DNA from: Alphaproteobacteria bacterium
Lineage (GTDB): Bacteria > Pseudomonadota > Alphaproteobacteria > JAAXGF01
DNA: 64,000 bases
Direction of reading: 5' to 3'
NCBI GenBank assembly: GCA_963555825.3
Contig: CAUVXB020000002.1
Coordinates: forward strand, 3,424,001-3,488,000
Positions 63,054 through 64,000 of this stretch are shown here, in pieces (within the stretch, counting starts at the first letter, position 1; each line of letters starts with the position of its first letter). A program made the translations under genes and the position numbers. The notes beneath the pieces are model-generated. The model ran no database searches. It was not told the DNA's origin and saw nothing but the letters and a program-made list of their open reading frames with translations.

Positions 63054-64000
63054 CTGTTCTCTAACTCGGGGGTTGGTTGTCAAGCTCTCCGTGACGTACC
63101 TGCCGGGTTCACTGTTCTCTCCGCGGTAGGGGCTCGGCCCTCCGCATGATGGCGTTGGAGGACGTTGGCGGATCAATGTGTGAAGCGCGCTTGCCTCGGT
63201 GAGGCATCGCAAAGCCTGGATCGATCTCGCCGACGCCGCCGTCCCGACAGGGACATCGGTTCCGCTCTCGCGGAATGCTTGGACGTTGTTTCCCTATGCG
63301 GCCGCCTCCTTGGTTGACCAGATGAAGTCCGTTCCATCACGCCACATGCGATGGAGGATGACCGCCAGCTTCCGTGCCACGGCGATCTTGGCCTTCTTGA
63401 AGCCGATGCGTTTCCACAACCTGTGACCCCAGGCCTTGAGCGCGCACCATCGCGGCACCCGGGTGAGCAGCACGCCGGCCGCCTCGAAGAGGTAGGTCCT
63501 GAGCATTCGATCGCCGCATTTGGAGATCCGCCCCGTCCAATCGACCTCGCCGGAAGCATGGCGGCGCGGCGTCAGCCCGATGTACGCGCCGACACTCCGG
63601 GAACGTCGGAAGCGGCTCGGCTCGTCGATCGCCGAGTGGAAGGCCAAGGCGGTGATCGGCCCGATGCCTGGAACCGTCATGGAACGTCTGCTGTCCTCGT
63701 CGTTCCGCGCCAGGCCCAGCAGCTTGCGATAGAGCGCGGCGATCTCTCGGCCGACCTTCTCGCGGACTTCCAGAAGGGGCCGAACGGCCTCCGACAAAAG
63801 ACCCTGCCCGCCAAGCAGCTCTTCGACCCGGCGACGGAAGACATTGCCGCCCGCCTTGCCGATGACGAGGCCGAGGTTCTTGAGCAAGCCACGGATCTGG
63901 TTCTCGAGATCACGCTTGATCTTGACCAACTGGGCCCGGCTGTTCAGGACGGCCCGTATCTCGTGGCACGCCACGCTCGACTTGGACCTCCTTGTACCAA
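63054..64000 (-). mobile_element. IS110-family element, partial (runs off the window)
   Basis: Transposase 3' part plus ~240-nt downstream non-coding region; outward-facing TTGACA at 63078-83. Confidence 0.8.
63294..63974 (-). CDS. IS110-family transposase, C-terminal part (possible frameshift near 63985)
   Basis: TVPGIGPITA, GLTPRRHASG..GRISKCGD, AVARKLAVILHRMW. Confidence 0.85.
   Translation of the reverse strand: MACHEIRAVLNSRAQLVKIKRDLENQIRGLLKNLGLVIGKAGGNVFRRRVEELLGGQGLLSEAVRPLLEVREKVGREIAALYRKLLGLARNDEDSRRSMTVPGIGPITALAFHSAIDEPSRFRRSRSVGAYIGLTPRRHASGEVDWTGRISKCGDRMLRTYLFEAAGVLLTRVPRWCALKAWGHRLWKRIGFKKAKIAVARKLAVILHRMWRDGTDFIWSTKEAAA

Overview
GC-rich, probably alphaproteobacterial chromosome segment (inferred from rpmI-rplT-pheS-pheT, lepA, TRAP and IS content). 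About 18 kb of the 64 kb (~28%) is insertion sequence: IS630 (three types), IS1595 x2, IS3/IS481-like x2 with 14-bp target duplications, IS21, IS110/IS1111 x2, ISKra4-like x2 and an IS481-like element. There are also MITEs, a group II intron fragment and about ten disrupted genes. The left half holds housekeeping genes, a DUF433/PIN toxin-antitoxin pair, hydantoinase, TRAP transporter and lepA. Downstream of tRNA-Ser lies a decayed serine-recombinase island, then a ~20 kb coenzyme F420 region: cofE, cofD, a single ORF fusing CofC to FbiC (CofG-CofH), a gnd-pgl-fgd operon, eight luciferase-like (LLM) genes including fgd, two PPOX/FDOR genes and two nitroreductases. The strongest observations are (i) an IS1111-type element whose non-coding end contains short sequences matching its own insertion site and circle junction (bridge/seek RNA architecture), inserted in the island recombinase, and (ii) the CofC-CofG-CofH triple fusion inside an F420 synthesis, reduction and utilisation cluster. 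All calls come from motif recognition by eye; no database search was run.
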